The notes under the pieces were generated by a model. It made no database searches, had not been told where the DNA came from, and saw nothing but the letters and a program-made list of their open reading frames with translations. Both the position numbers and the translations under genes were made by a program. From Candidatus Nealsonbacteria bacterium (lineage in GTDB: Bacteria; Patescibacteriota; Minisyncoccia; Minisyncoccales; JANBVM01): 64,000 bases of DNA. Shown piece after piece: positions 1 through 9,615 of the stretch. Position 1 is the stretch's first letter. Every line of letters begins with the position of its first letter. Location: positions 593,131-657,130 of the forward strand of contig CP061210.1 in NCBI GenBank assembly GCA_026016225.1. Direction: 5' to 3'.

Positions 1-133
1 CTCGATAGTCAGGATAACTTAATTTTTCAAAGGGAATTTTTTCTTTTTTCAAAAAATTACTCAGTAATTTAGTCTGGGTTTCCCCTCCAGCTCCATCCAA
101 TCCCTCAAAAACCAAAAAAGTATTTTTTTCCAT
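1..133 (-). CDS. tmk: thymidylate kinase, 5' part (runs off window edge)
   Basis: Manual translation MEKNTFLVFEGLDGAGGETQTKLL...SYPDY matches the dTMP kinase N-terminus; adjacent to thyX and dCMP deaminase. Confidence 0.75.
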   Translation of the reverse strand, partial: MEKNTFLVFEGLDGAGGETQTKLLSNFLKKEKIPFEKLSYPDYR

Positions 134-171
134 TGGTTAATTATAGACTAATTATATAAAATTTCAAAAGT

Positions 172-200
172 AAAAAAAAGGGGTCTTAAGAAACCCTTTT
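172..200. terminator. putative bidirectional intrinsic terminator
   Basis: A-tract, GGGT...ACCC hairpin and T-tract right after the NYN fragment stop. Confidence 0.55.
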
Positions 201-775
201 ATGATGACAAACATAATTCTGGACTTTGTTGAACAAAGTCTTCAATGTAAAGAACTTTATTTGCGATTCCCTTTAACAGCCCTGCACAGCTTTCTTTTCC
301 AGATATTACCCAGACTTCTATTCCCTCCTTCTTAGCTCTCCGAAGGACTCGACTAAAATCTCTATCACCTGAAAGTAAAACTATTTTCTCAATCTTGCGT
401 TTATAATCAAACAATGTCTCATAGATACAAGAAGCCAAGACTACATCTACGCTATCTTTGGATAATGGGAATCCTTTATATGTTACTCTTATATCTTCTA
501 GCTGCTCGCTCAATATGTTGCAAATAAAATCTACTTTTCTTAAAGAATCTTCTTCCTTTTCCGTTCCTTCTTTGTTTTTGTTTTTTACCGACTTCCGCAG
601 TGCTAAAAAAGAATGAAATATTAATCTTTTTGCCTTCGAAATATTCTCTAATAATAAATTTAAAGAGCTTGATGTAGCTTAACTTACTAACACTTTCACT
701 TTTTTCTATAAACCTGAGATTATCTCCATCAACAAAAATAAAAATAATCGGTTCTTTTCTTTCAAATCTTTCCAA
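199..775 (-). pseudogene. NYN-domain (PIN-like) ribonuclease split by a frameshift into ORFs 476-775 and 199-513
   Basis: N-terminal IFVDGDNL motif in one frame; VDV...LLSGDRDF...GIEVWVIS motifs in the +1 frame; the frames overlap across the A-run at ~572-586. Confidence 0.75.
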
Positions 776-810
776 CTTTTTTTTACCTCTTAAACACTTT
801 AGTTTATTTT

Positions 811-839
811 AAAATACCGCAATAAAATCATTTTGTCAA
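811..839 (-). promoter_or_regulatory. sigma70-type promoter of the NYN gene
   Basis: TTGACA-17nt-TATTTT. Confidence 0.5.
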
Positions 840-882
840 CAAAAAAAAGAGGCTTCAAAGAAATCTCTCTTAAAAAGCCTTA

Positions 883-1581
883 CTAAATTCTGTTTATTAT
901 TACTGCACTTTTACCATCTTCACTGACCTTAAAATCATCAAAAACTATTGGAACTCTTTTTTGAACATCTTTTAAGAGATTAATCATTACCCTTCTAATT
1001 TCCCAATGAGCTCCAGGAGCACATCTAAGTTTAAAAATATGCCGCCATTCTCTAAAATTTGCCCCCACGATAATCTGTGATTTTATTCCTATTGGAATTA
1101 CCTGTCTAGAATCTTCACATTTCCATTCTGCTTTTCTTAAACCTCGATACATTTGTTCGTTCAAATCCATCCAATCTCTAAAAGAAACTTTTATCTTTTT
1201 GTCGTTGGGCAAGATTAATTCAACAAGTTTTTCATCGGGATCTTTTGTGGGAGGAATAACTACTTCAAAGTCACTCTCGTCAACTCTTCTGGTTGATTCT
1301 TGAACATAAGAAGCTAAACGGTGACGCACAAGCTCATGGGTAAAACCCCTGGAAACATTATTGAATTGCACAATCATTGAAGAAAATTCAAGAACGCTTT
1401 CATGCCCTAATTTTCTTAGCATCTCGACAAATTTCGTTGCTGAAGTATCAGTGATTTTCCCTTGAGATTGGTAAGAAACCCTACCTGCTAACTCAATTAA
1501 TTGCAAAGGTTTCTCTCCTTTCAGTCCATAGGTTACAGCTACAATTTCGAAATTTCCTTCATTTTTCAAAATCTTTACCAA
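883..1581 (-). CDS. thyX: FAD-dependent thymidylate synthase
   Basis: GHESVLE, ELVRHRLASYVQESTR ThyX signature, AHWEIR. Confidence 0.95.
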   Translation of the reverse strand: MVKILKNEGNFEIVAVTYGLKGEKPLQLIELAGRVSYQSQGKITDTSATKFVEMLRKLGHESVLEFSSMIVQFNNVSRGFTHELVRHRLASYVQESTRRVDESDFEVVIPPTKDPDEKLVELILPNDKKIKVSFRDWMDLNEQMYRGLRKAEWKCEDSRQVIPIGIKSQIIVGANFREWRHIFKLRCAPGAHWEIRRVMINLLKDVQKRVPIVFDDFKVSEDGKSAVIINRI

Positions 1582-1688
1582 TTTTTTCTACCATTCCAAT
1601 TATATTAATTTTTTAACGAATATTATTTCCTAACACAAACAAAAAACTCTGTCAAATTAACAGAGACTATAAATGGCTTTAAAAATCT

Positions 1689-2222
1689 TTAAACTTCTTT
1701 TAATTTCTTGTTTTGGTCCCGGCCGTATTGTTGTTTATCATCTAAGACATCTCCTTCCTGCCAATCTTTAACCCAATCTTGAACATTAAAAATTCTGTAT
1801 TCTCCATCGTTGGTGGAACAAACTACTCTGTTCAAACCAGCATTAATGAGCATTTTTTTACAAATAAAGCAAGGAAAAGCATCAGCCACCTTCCCCTGTA
1901 TATTTTCACAGTAAATAAACATATCTCCACCCAACACGCTTGCTCCCGAACGGGCTGCATTTATTAATGCATTTTGCTCTGCGTGCACGCTTCGGCAGAG
2001 TTCGTATTGTCTACCGTGAGGAATTTTCAATTTGTCTCTTAAACATTCACCTCTTTCAAAACAATCCCTTGTTTTTCTCGGAGCTCCATTATAACCGGTA
2101 GCCACAATCGCATCATCTTTTACAATAATTGCTCCAAATTTCATTCTAAAACAGGTTGAACGTTGGGCAATTTCTTTTGCAATATTTAAATAATATTTAT
2201 CCTTTGGAGGTCTTTTTTTCAT
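1689..2222 (-). CDS. dCMP deaminase (ComEB-like, Zn-dependent)
   Basis: RSTC, GYNG, HAEQNA and PCFIC motifs. Confidence 0.92.
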   Translation of the reverse strand: MKKRPPKDKYYLNIAKEIAQRSTCFRMKFGAIIVKDDAIVATGYNGAPRKTRDCFERGECLRDKLKIPHGRQYELCRSVHAEQNALINAARSGASVLGGDMFIYCENIQGKVADAFPCFICKKMLINAGLNRVVCSTNDGEYRIFNVQDWVKDWQEGDVLDDKQQYGRDQNKKLKEV

Positions 2223-2239
2223 AGATTTGTAATGCTAAT

Positions 2240-2665
2240 TCATCCTTGAATCTCTATTCCCATATTTTTAGCTGTAGCTTCAATAATCTTCATTGCCTTT
2301 TCTACATCTTCAGTATTCAAATCAGCCATTTTCTGTTCGGCTATTTTTCTTAACTGTTCTTTTGTAATTTTACCTACCTTTTTTTTGTTGGGCTCTCCTG
2401 AACCTTTTTCAATACCTGCTGCTTTTTTTAATAAATCAGAAACCAAAGGTTGTTTTACCTTAAAATCATAACTTTTATCTTCATAAACACTAACTATTAC
2501 CGGAATTACAGAACCCTGTTTTTCTTTGGTTACATCATTAAACTTCTTACAAAAATCAGCAATGTTCAGACCGTGCTGAGCTAAAGCAGGCCCCACCGGA
2601 GGAGCAGGAGTAGCTTGACCTGCTGGAATTTGTAATTTTATTACAGCTGTGATTTTTTTAGCCAT
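2240..2665 (-). CDS. rplK: 50S ribosomal protein L11
   Basis: [19 protein letters not shown]. Confidence 0.98.
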   Translation of the reverse strand: MAKKITAVIKLQIPAGQATPAPPVGPALAQHGLNIADFCKKFNDVTKEKQGSVIPVIVSVYEDKSYDFKVKQPLVSDLLKKAAGIEKGSGEPNKKKVGKITKEQLRKIAEQKMADLNTEDVEKAMKIIEATAKNMGIEIQG

Positions 2666-2683
2666 ATTGAAATTAGAAAACAG

Positions 2684-3229
2684 TTATAGTTTTTTCACCT
2701 GAAGAGAATCAAGTTCTATTGGGGTGTCCCTGCCAAACATATCCACTAAAACTTTTATCTTTCCCTTTTCTTCATCAATCTCTGAAACTCTGCCATCTGA
2801 ATCCTTAAAAGGACCATCTGTAATTTTTACTAAATCACCAATCTTAACCTCAATTTTAAATTGGGGCTCCTCTATTTCCATCCTCTTTTTCAAGTTATTA
2901 ATCTCTTCTTCAGAAACCGGAATAGGGATAGTTCCAGCTCCAATAAAACCCGTTACATTAGGAGTATTTCTTACAATATACCAAGAGTCATCTGTAACAA
3001 TCATTTCAACTAAAACATAACCTGGATAAATTTTTTCCTCAACCACTTTTCTTTTACCGCTTTTAATCTTTATTTTTCTTTCTTTAGGGACAATAACATT
3101 AAAGATTTTATCTTCCATACTTAAAGACTCAATCCTCTGCCTCAGATTTTTAGCTACAGATTCTTCATATCCCGAATAAGTGTGTAGAACATACCAGTTT
3201 CTTTTTTGGGGTAGTTTTTGTTTTGGCAT
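2684..3229 (-). CDS. nusG: transcription termination/antitermination factor NusG
   Basis: WYVLHTYSGYE, YPGYVLV, KOW motif ITDGPF. Confidence 0.98.
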   Translation of the reverse strand: MPKQKLPQKRNWYVLHTYSGYEESVAKNLRQRIESLSMEDKIFNVIVPKERKIKIKSGKRKVVEEKIYPGYVLVEMIVTDDSWYIVRNTPNVTGFIGAGTIPIPVSEEEINNLKKRMEIEEPQFKIEVKIGDLVKITDGPFKDSDGRVSEIDEEKGKIKVLVDMFGRDTPIELDSLQVKKL

Positions 3230-3233
3230 AGTT

Positions 3234-3431
3234 TTATAGGAATTTATTCAATATTCTGGTAAAAATGAAGTCTATTCCACCTAAAAATATAGCAACAACT
3301 ATTGAAACACCAATTACAATCAAGGTATCCCTTGCAGTTTCTTTTTTTCTCGGCCAGTTAACCTTCTTTATTTCTAATTTAACTTCCTTTAAAAAATTAG
3401 TGATGTCCTTTGGAATGTTTCTAAAATTCAT
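3234..3431 (-). CDS. secE: preprotein translocase subunit SecE
   Basis: EIKKVNWP plus one TM helix, upstream of nusG; start moved to ATG 3431. Confidence 0.93.
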   Translation of the reverse strand: MNFRNIPKDITNFLKEVKLEIKKVNWPRKKETARDTLIVIGVSIVVAIFLGGIDFIFTRILNKFL

Positions 3432-3447
3432 AGTGTTATTTTTAATA

Positions 3448-5430
3448 TTAAATGTCAAGATTTTTTACTTTTTTTGCATAACTTTGGATAAACTTTTTTC
3501 TTGATAAAACTTCTTTCCCCATTAAAGTATCAAAAATTTTATCTGCCTCTCTTGCATCTTCAATATTAACTTGAAGTAATGTTCTATTTTCAGGGTTCAT
3601 TGTTGTATCCCATAATTCTCCTGCATTCATCTCTCCTAATCCTTTGTATCTCTGAATAGAGGGTTTAATATTTTTCTTTATTGCCTTTAAAATGCTGAAT
3701 TTCTGGTCTTCGGTGTAAGCGTATTTAATTTCTTTTCCAACCTGAATCTTATAAAGAGGGGGCTGGGCAATATATATGTAACCCTTTTCAATTAAAGGTT
3801 TAAAATAACGGTAAAATAAAGTCAAGAGTAAAGCCTTAATATGATTTCCGTCACTATCTGCATCGCACATTATGATTATACGATGATATCTTGCTTTCTC
3901 GATATTAAAATCTTCGGCAATAGCAGTACCTAAAGCAATAACTAAAGATTTAATTTCTTTTGAAGAAAGAATTCTATCCAGTCGAGCTCTCTCCACGTTC
4001 AAAATTTTACCGCGCAGAGGCAATATGGCTTGAAAATGCCTATCCCTGGCCTGTCTTGAACTTCCGCCTGCCGACTCGCCTTCCACTATATATAATTCTG
4101 ACTCTTCTGCTTTTTTAGAAGAACAATCAGCCAACTTTCCCGGTAGAGCCAGGCCATCTAAAACTCTCTTTCTTAAAATTATGTCTTTGGCAGCTTTGGC
4201 AGCTTTTCTTGCTTTTTGAGCCAAAATAAATTTTTGAATTATTGATTTGGCGTCAATTGGGTTTCTCTCTAAAAAATCCATTAAAGACATGCCCATCACC
4301 TGCTCCACTACTGCTTTGGCTTCAGAATTACCTAATTTTGCCTTTGTCTGACCTTCAAATTGAGGTTCTCTGATTTTAATGGAGATTATCGCCGTTAATC
4401 CTTCTCTGGTATCAAAACCTGTAAAGTTATTGCCGTTTTCTTTTATAAATTCATTTCTTCTGGCATAGTCGTTAAATGTCCTGGTTAAGGCACTTCTAAA
4501 ACCCGTCAGATGCATCCCTCCTTCATGAGTATAGATATTGTTGGCAAAACTATCTTCAATACACTCATACTCGTCTGTATAAATTAAAGCAGCTTCAACT
4601 ATAATTCCGTTTTTTTCTCCATAACAATAAAAAACGTTCTCGGTAAGAGGAGTACGGCCTCGAACCAAATATTTAACGTAAGAAACTATTCCTCCTTCAA
4701 AATAAAAACTATAACCGGTATTAGGTTTAACCGTTTTGTCTATAAAGGTAATTCTCAAACCTTTAGTTAAATAAGCTTGCTGACGGAGATAATCTAAAAT
4801 TTTCTTTTTGTTGAATTTTATCTCTTTAAAAATTGCTGAATCTGGTTCAAAAATAATTATTGTTCCGCTTGTCCTGCACCTGCCAATTTTTTCAACTTTT
4901 GTCTTTGGCTTTCCCCGCGAATATTCTTGGAAATATCTGAAACCATCCCGACAAATTTCAGCTCTCATATATGTTGAAAGAGCGCAAACCACAGAAATAC
5001 CAACACCATGTAATCCACCAGTAGAAACATAAACCTTTCCTCCAAATTTCGCCCCCGTATGTAGAGTTGTCATCACTGTCTCTAAAGCGGATTTTTTTGT
5101 TTGAGGGTGTTTGTCTACCGGAATACCTCTTCCATTATCTTCAACCTTAACTCTATTCCCCGGCAAAAACGTAATTTTAATATCGCTGCAGTAACCCATT
5201 ATGGCTTCATCAATGCTATTTCCAACACATTCTTTTATTAATTGATGCAAACCATCAGGCCCTGTCGACCCAATAAACATTCCCGGTCTTTTCCTAATAG
5301 GTTCTAAGCCATGCAATACATAAATATCTTTTGCCGTATATGTTTTTGACTTACTTTCTTCACTTTTCTTCATCCTCTTTATACTCTTTTTCTTCTTTAA
5401 CTTTTTTACTTTTTTTGTTTTTTTCACCAT
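3448..5430 (-). CDS. gyrB: type IIA topoisomerase B subunit (DNA gyrase B-like)
   Basis: IRKRPGMFIG, GGLHGVG, PLRGKILN, RYKGLGEM; K-rich N-terminal extension. Confidence 0.9.
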   Translation of the reverse strand: MVKKTKKVKKLKKKKSIKRMKKSEESKSKTYTAKDIYVLHGLEPIRKRPGMFIGSTGPDGLHQLIKECVGNSIDEAIMGYCSDIKITFLPGNRVKVEDNGRGIPVDKHPQTKKSALETVMTTLHTGAKFGGKVYVSTGGLHGVGISVVCALSTYMRAEICRDGFRYFQEYSRGKPKTKVEKIGRCRTSGTIIIFEPDSAIFKEIKFNKKKILDYLRQQAYLTKGLRITFIDKTVKPNTGYSFYFEGGIVSYVKYLVRGRTPLTENVFYCYGEKNGIIVEAALIYTDEYECIEDSFANNIYTHEGGMHLTGFRSALTRTFNDYARRNEFIKENGNNFTGFDTREGLTAIISIKIREPQFEGQTKAKLGNSEAKAVVEQVMGMSLMDFLERNPIDAKSIIQKFILAQKARKAAKAAKDIILRKRVLDGLALPGKLADCSSKKAEESELYIVEGESAGGSSRQARDRHFQAILPLRGKILNVERARLDRILSSKEIKSLVIALGTAIAEDFNIEKARYHRIIIMCDADSDGNHIKALLLTLFYRYFKPLIEKGYIYIAQPPLYKIQVGKEIKYAYTEDQKFSILKAIKKNIKPSIQRYKGLGEMNAGELWDTTMNPENRTLLQVNIEDAREADKIFDTLMGKEVLSRKKFIQSYAKKVKNLDI

Positions 5431-5459
5431 TGCTAATTATAAGTTGAGATTATTAATAA

Positions 5460-7529
5460 TTATTTCCTTACCTCCCATTCAGGATCTTTTTCTAAGACTT
5501 TAATTATTTTCTCTTGAATATCATCTATTTCTTTTGAAGTTAGTGTTCTGTCTTCTGCTTGATAAATTATATGAAAAGCCAAATTCTTTTTTCCCTCAGC
5601 TATTTCTTCTCCTTCGTAAATGTCAAAAAGGTCAACATCTTTAATCAGATTAAGACCAGTTCCCTCAATTTTATTTAAAACCTCCTCAACTAAAACATCT
5701 CTCGGAACCAAAACCGCTATATCTCTGACAGCAGATGGATAAGGAGAAATTGGTCTAAATTCCTGTTCTTCTGAAACAAGTTCTTGTAGTTTTTCAAAAT
5801 CAAAATCAAAAATCACTACTTTAGCGTTTAATTTTAAGGCCTCTGTAATTTTAGAAGAAATCTCTCCCAGAAAACCGACTTCCTCATTACCTATCTTAAT
5901 CTCAGCACGCCTTTTGGAATTCCAGACAAAAGCTTTTGATTCTTCTGGTGTTGGTTGATATTGGTCATACCAAATATCGCTTATTCCCAAATTATTCAAA
6001 AGCAAATCTATAACACCTTTTGCCTCATAAAATACCTCACCTGTCATTAAACCTGTGAGAGCTGTTTTTTCTTTATCTTTTTCATTTTTGAAAATCTTTC
6101 CCAGCTCAAAAATTCTAATATCATTGAAACTCGCCTGCCATCGCCTTGAGCTCAAGCGATTGGCGGGCAGGAACTTTTGATTCTCCTGAAAGCTTTTTAG
6201 AACTTTTGGAATCAAACTTGGCCTTAAATACTGAAAGTCAGCACTAATCGGATTCTCTGTCTCAATCAACTGAAAATTTCTATAACCGAATAATTTAGCT
6301 TCTTCCTTATTAATAAAAGAAGAGCTATAAATCTCAGTAAATTCTGCTTCCTTTAATATATTTTTTGTCATATCTTCCCAGAAAACATTAAGATTTCTTT
6401 CAGGCGGAATCAAAGCAGCTTTAGGAAAAACAGAAGGAATTTTCTCATAACCATAAATCCTTCCAATTTCCTCAATTAAATCCTCAGGAATTGAAACATC
6501 CAGTCTAAAACTAGGAATCTCTATCATAAGTTGATTGGTTGATGATTTGAGAAATTTAAAACCAAGTCGCTTTAGAATATTTTTTATTCTGCTTGTTGAA
6601 ATTCTAACTCCCAGCAAACTCTCGACATAATCTAAATCTAATTTAATTTTCTTTATTGAAACTTTTTTAGGGTAAAAATCAACCAATCCCTTACAGATTT
6701 TGCCTCCGGCAATCTTTCCAATCAAATAAGCTGCTCCATTTATTCCAAATTCGGTTAAATTCAAATCCAAACCATGTTCAAATCTCCATGAAGCATCTGT
6801 TTTCAAATCTATTTTTTTGGAACCCTTACGAACAACTCTTGGATTAAAATTAGCAGACTCTAACACAATAACTTTTGTTTTTTTTGTTATCTCGGCCTTT
6901 TTCCCGCCTTTTATCCCGGCAATTGCCAAAGGGTCTTTTACATCCGAAATAACTAAAATATCCTTATTTAATTTATATCTTTCATTGTCTAAAGTAATAA
7001 TTTTTTCTCCTTTTTTAGCTCTCCTGATAATTATCTTTTGGTCTAAAATTTTATCCAAATCAAAAGCGTGTAATGGCTGACCTGTTTCCAACATCACGTA
7101 ATTTGCAATATCAACCACATTATTAATCGGTTTTAAACCTAAAATCTTTAATCTGTCCCGAAGCCATTTTGGAGAAGGAGCTATCTTGACATCTGTAACA
7201 ACTCTGGCTGTATACCTTAAACAGTCTTTTTTGCTTTTAACTTTTAGTTCTATAAAATCCTTTGCTCTATATTTTCCCTCTTTTAAAGAATAGTCTTCAA
7301 ATCTTAATTTAGTATCTAAAACAGCAGAAATCTCTCGAGCAATACCTAAATGAGAAAAACAATCAGGTCCCCTATTGGGCAAAATATCAATATCTAAAAC
7401 CCAATCCTTTCCTATTTTTTCTACCTCTTCAACCTCAAAGCTGTGCATTGTTAAAACCTCTGCTAATTTATTGGCTTTTGGCAGTTTTTTCTTAAAAAAT
7501 GATTGTAACCAGTTATAAGAAAAAAGCAT
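5460..7529 (-). CDS. pheT: phenylalanine--tRNA ligase beta subunit (short form without OB-fold B2 domain)
   Basis: PNRGPDCFSHLGIARE, GQPLHAFD, DLIEEIGRIYGY, C-terminal FDX-ACB domain. Confidence 0.96.
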   Translation of the reverse strand: MLFSYNWLQSFFKKKLPKANKLAEVLTMHSFEVEEVEKIGKDWVLDIDILPNRGPDCFSHLGIAREISAVLDTKLRFEDYSLKEGKYRAKDFIELKVKSKKDCLRYTARVVTDVKIAPSPKWLRDRLKILGLKPINNVVDIANYVMLETGQPLHAFDLDKILDQKIIIRRAKKGEKIITLDNERYKLNKDILVISDVKDPLAIAGIKGGKKAEITKKTKVIVLESANFNPRVVRKGSKKIDLKTDASWRFEHGLDLNLTEFGINGAAYLIGKIAGGKICKGLVDFYPKKVSIKKIKLDLDYVESLLGVRISTSRIKNILKRLGFKFLKSSTNQLMIEIPSFRLDVSIPEDLIEEIGRIYGYEKIPSVFPKAALIPPERNLNVFWEDMTKNILKEAEFTEIYSSSFINKEEAKLFGYRNFQLIETENPISADFQYLRPSLIPKVLKSFQENQKFLPANRLSSRRWQASFNDIRIFELGKIFKNEKDKEKTALTGLMTGEVFYEAKGVIDLLLNNLGISDIWYDQYQPTPEESKAFVWNSKRRAEIKIGNEEVGFLGEISSKITEALKLNAKVVIFDFDFEKLQELVSEEQEFRPISPYPSAVRDIAVLVPRDVLVEEVLNKIEGTGLNLIKDVDLFDIYEGEEIAEGKKNLAFHIIYQAEDRTLTSKEIDDIQEKIIKVLEKDPEWEVRK
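6133..6171. repeat. GC-rich palindrome inserted in frame in pheT
   Basis: gcctgcca-tcgc-c-ttgagctcaa-gcga-t-tggcgggc; encodes LPANRLSSRRWQA. Confidence 0.8.
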
Positions 7530-7543
7530 AGTGATAAGATAAA

Positions 7544-8596
7544 TTAAAATTGATTTAAAAATCTGAGGTCGCCTCCATAAAACAACCTAATATCATTGAT
7601 TTTATATTTAAGCATAGCCATTCTATCCATACCCATACCAAAAGCAAAAGCCTGCCAGTTTTTAGGGCTTAAACCAGAATTCTTGAAAACATTAGGATGA
7701 ACCATCCCTCCCGGAAAAACCTCTAACCATCCACTCTGACCACAAGTACTGCAACCTTTCCCATTACATATTGCACACTGAACATCTACTTCAAAAGAAG
7801 GTTCTGTAAAGGGAAAATAACCCGGTCGAAGGCGAACTTTTAAATCTTTCTTAAAAAATTGTTTGAAAAATTTTTTTGCTATTGCTTTAAAATTAGCAAC
7901 AGAAATTGTTTTATCAACCATTAATCCTTCAACCTGGTAAAAATTAATCTCATGTCTGGCATCAGTTGCCTCGTGCCTAAATACCCTGCCAGGAACAATA
8001 ATTCTTAAAGGAGGCTGATTCTTTTCCATGTAACGAACCTGAACAGGAGAAGTTTGGGTTCTCATTAAAAACTTATTTCGAGAAGGAAGATTTTCTCTAT
8101 TCCTTTGCTTTATAAACAAAGTATCTTGCATATCTCGAGCTGGATGGTTTTTGGGAAAATTCAAAGCATCAAAGTTATACCACTCATTTTCAAGCTCAGG
8201 ACCCTCAATAATTGAAAAGCCCATTGACTGGAATATCTTTTCGATTTCTATTTTAGTCTGGGTCAAGGGGTGTAAATGACCAACAGCCGGCTTTTTCCCG
8301 GGGATTGTAATATCAAAAAACTCCTCTTTTTCTCTCCTTACACCTGCCTTTTCTTTAATTTTCAGGCTTTTTTTAACAATCTTCTCTTCTAAAACAGCTT
8401 TAAGCTTATTTGCTTCTTTCCCAACCTTTACTCTTTTTTTCTTTGGCATCTTTTTCAGAGAACGCAAAACCAGGGAAAGTTCACCTTTCTTTCCTAAATA
8501 TTGTTTATAAACATCGTTCAACTCAGTTAAATTTTGGCTCTTTTTTATCTCTTTTTCAGCCCTTTTTTCAATGTTTTTTAAGTTAATTTTTTTCAT
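7544..8596 (-). CDS. pheS: phenylalanine--tRNA ligase alpha subunit
   Basis: GHLHP, HPARDMQDT, YFPFTEPS, AFGMGMDR. Confidence 0.97.
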   Translation of the reverse strand: MKKINLKNIEKRAEKEIKKSQNLTELNDVYKQYLGKKGELSLVLRSLKKMPKKKRVKVGKEANKLKAVLEEKIVKKSLKIKEKAGVRREKEEFFDITIPGKKPAVGHLHPLTQTKIEIEKIFQSMGFSIIEGPELENEWYNFDALNFPKNHPARDMQDTLFIKQRNRENLPSRNKFLMRTQTSPVQVRYMEKNQPPLRIIVPGRVFRHEATDARHEINFYQVEGLMVDKTISVANFKAIAKKFFKQFFKKDLKVRLRPGYFPFTEPSFEVDVQCAICNGKGCSTCGQSGWLEVFPGGMVHPNVFKNSGLSPKNWQAFAFGMGMDRMAMLKYKINDIRLFYGGDLRFLNQF

Positions 8597-8796
8597 TTCT
8601 TCGCTAAAAAATAAGTTCCTTCTACTATTAATTTTACCTTAATTTTTGCCTTAAATCAAGGTAAAACTGTGCACAAATAAACCTCCTTAAAATAAAAAAA
8701 ACAGAAGAAATAAATATAAAAAAAATTACATTATTTTTTCTTTCTGTTTTTTGATATACAATTACATCCAATTACATACAATTCTATCTAATTTTG

Positions 8797-8870
8797 CGGG
8801 GACGACGAGACTCGAACTCGCAACCTCGTGATCGACAATCACGAGCTCTAACCAATTGAGCTACGTCCCC
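8797..8870 (-). tRNA. tRNA-Asp(GTC)
   Basis: Cloverleaf GGGGACG...CGTCCCC-G; anticodon loop TT-GTC-GA; canonical TTCGA; no encoded CCA. Confidence 0.95.
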
Positions 8871-8874
8871 AGGG

Positions 8875-8947
8875 TGCCGGTGACGGGACTCGAACCTGTA
8901 ACCTCTAGCTTATGATGCTATCGCTCTAACCATTGAGCTACACCGGC
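8875..8947 (-). tRNA. tRNA with CAT anticodon, probably elongator Met (Ile2 not excluded)
   Basis: Cloverleaf GCCGGTG...CACCGGC-A; loop AT-CAT-AA; T-arm ACAGG-TTCGAGT-CCCGT. Confidence 0.85.
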
Positions 8948-8948
8948 T

Positions 8949-9019
8949 TTGCGGTGCCTGGAATTGCACCAGGGCCTCCAGCTTATGGGACTGGCGAGGT
9001 ACTACTCCTCTACACCGCG
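8949..9019 (-). tRNA. initiator-type tRNA-fMet(CAT), atypical
   Basis: C1xA72 mismatch, A11-U24 pair, CAT anticodon; non-canonical D-, T- and anticodon arms. Confidence 0.85.
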
Positions 9020-9031
9020 ACAATATCGCTA

Positions 9032-9060
9032 ATTTTAGCTTTTTTGAACACAAGAGTCAA
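9032..9060 (-). promoter_or_regulatory. promoter of the fMet-Met-Asp tRNA operon
   Basis: TTGACT-17nt-TAAAAT, 12 nt upstream of tRNA-fMet. Confidence 0.75.
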
Positions 9061-9085
9061 TCCTTCGGCGCGGGCTCAGGACAAC
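9060..9085. repeat. small REP-like element (YCCTTCGRC..GCTCAGGRCA family), copy 1
   Basis: tccttcggcgcgggctcaggaca; related copies at 28090 and 60248. Confidence 0.7.
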
Positions 9086-9088
9086 TTA

Positions 9089-9604
9089 TCACAACGCCTC
9101 CAAATCAACCAAAGCTTTTTCGTATACATCTAAAACCCTTTTTGACTCTTTTATATCCAAGCGATAACTTATATCATGAACAATATTCAAACATACTTTG
9201 TGAGCCTCTCTGACTTCTTCAATATTCTCAATAACGTTGGTAGTTAACTTGTTTAATCTCTCTTCTAAAGTCTGACCTAAAAAACCCTCTTTTTGTAAAA
9301 TATCGTTCAAAATAGCTTCTGCTTCAATTATGGCTAACTTTGCTTCAGGTTCACTGCCTGTATCCAATTTTTCTCTAATCTTAACCCATTTCTTATCGAT
9401 TCTTGGTAATCCATAATGTCGAAAAGTTAAGTATTCTTTAATGTCCCAAAATATTAGTCTTTTTAACCAGGTGGTTCTAAGTAAAACAAGAACAATTGTT
9501 ACAATGAAAAATAAATTTAGAGCTAAAAAGATAAATTTTACAATCAAAAGCCAGTCAGGAAGAATGGGGTTTAAAATAAATTGAATTATATTATCTAAGG
9601 TCAT
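9089..9604 (-). CDS. conserved membrane-anchored hypothetical protein
   Basis: N-terminal TM helix, helical domain KLAIIEAEAIL...GQTLEERL; cotranscribed after gatA. Confidence 0.75.
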   Translation of the reverse strand: MTLDNIIQFILNPILPDWLLIVKFIFLALNLFFIVTIVLVLLRTTWLKRLIFWDIKEYLTFRHYGLPRIDKKWVKIREKLDTGSEPEAKLAIIEAEAILNDILQKEGFLGQTLEERLNKLTTNVIENIEEVREAHKVCLNIVHDISYRLDIKESKRVLDVYEKALVDLEAL

Positions 9605-9615
9605 AAATGTATTCT

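Noticed and set aside
8933..9133. 66-aa plus-strand ORF
   Set aside because: Antisense to tRNA genes and their promoter
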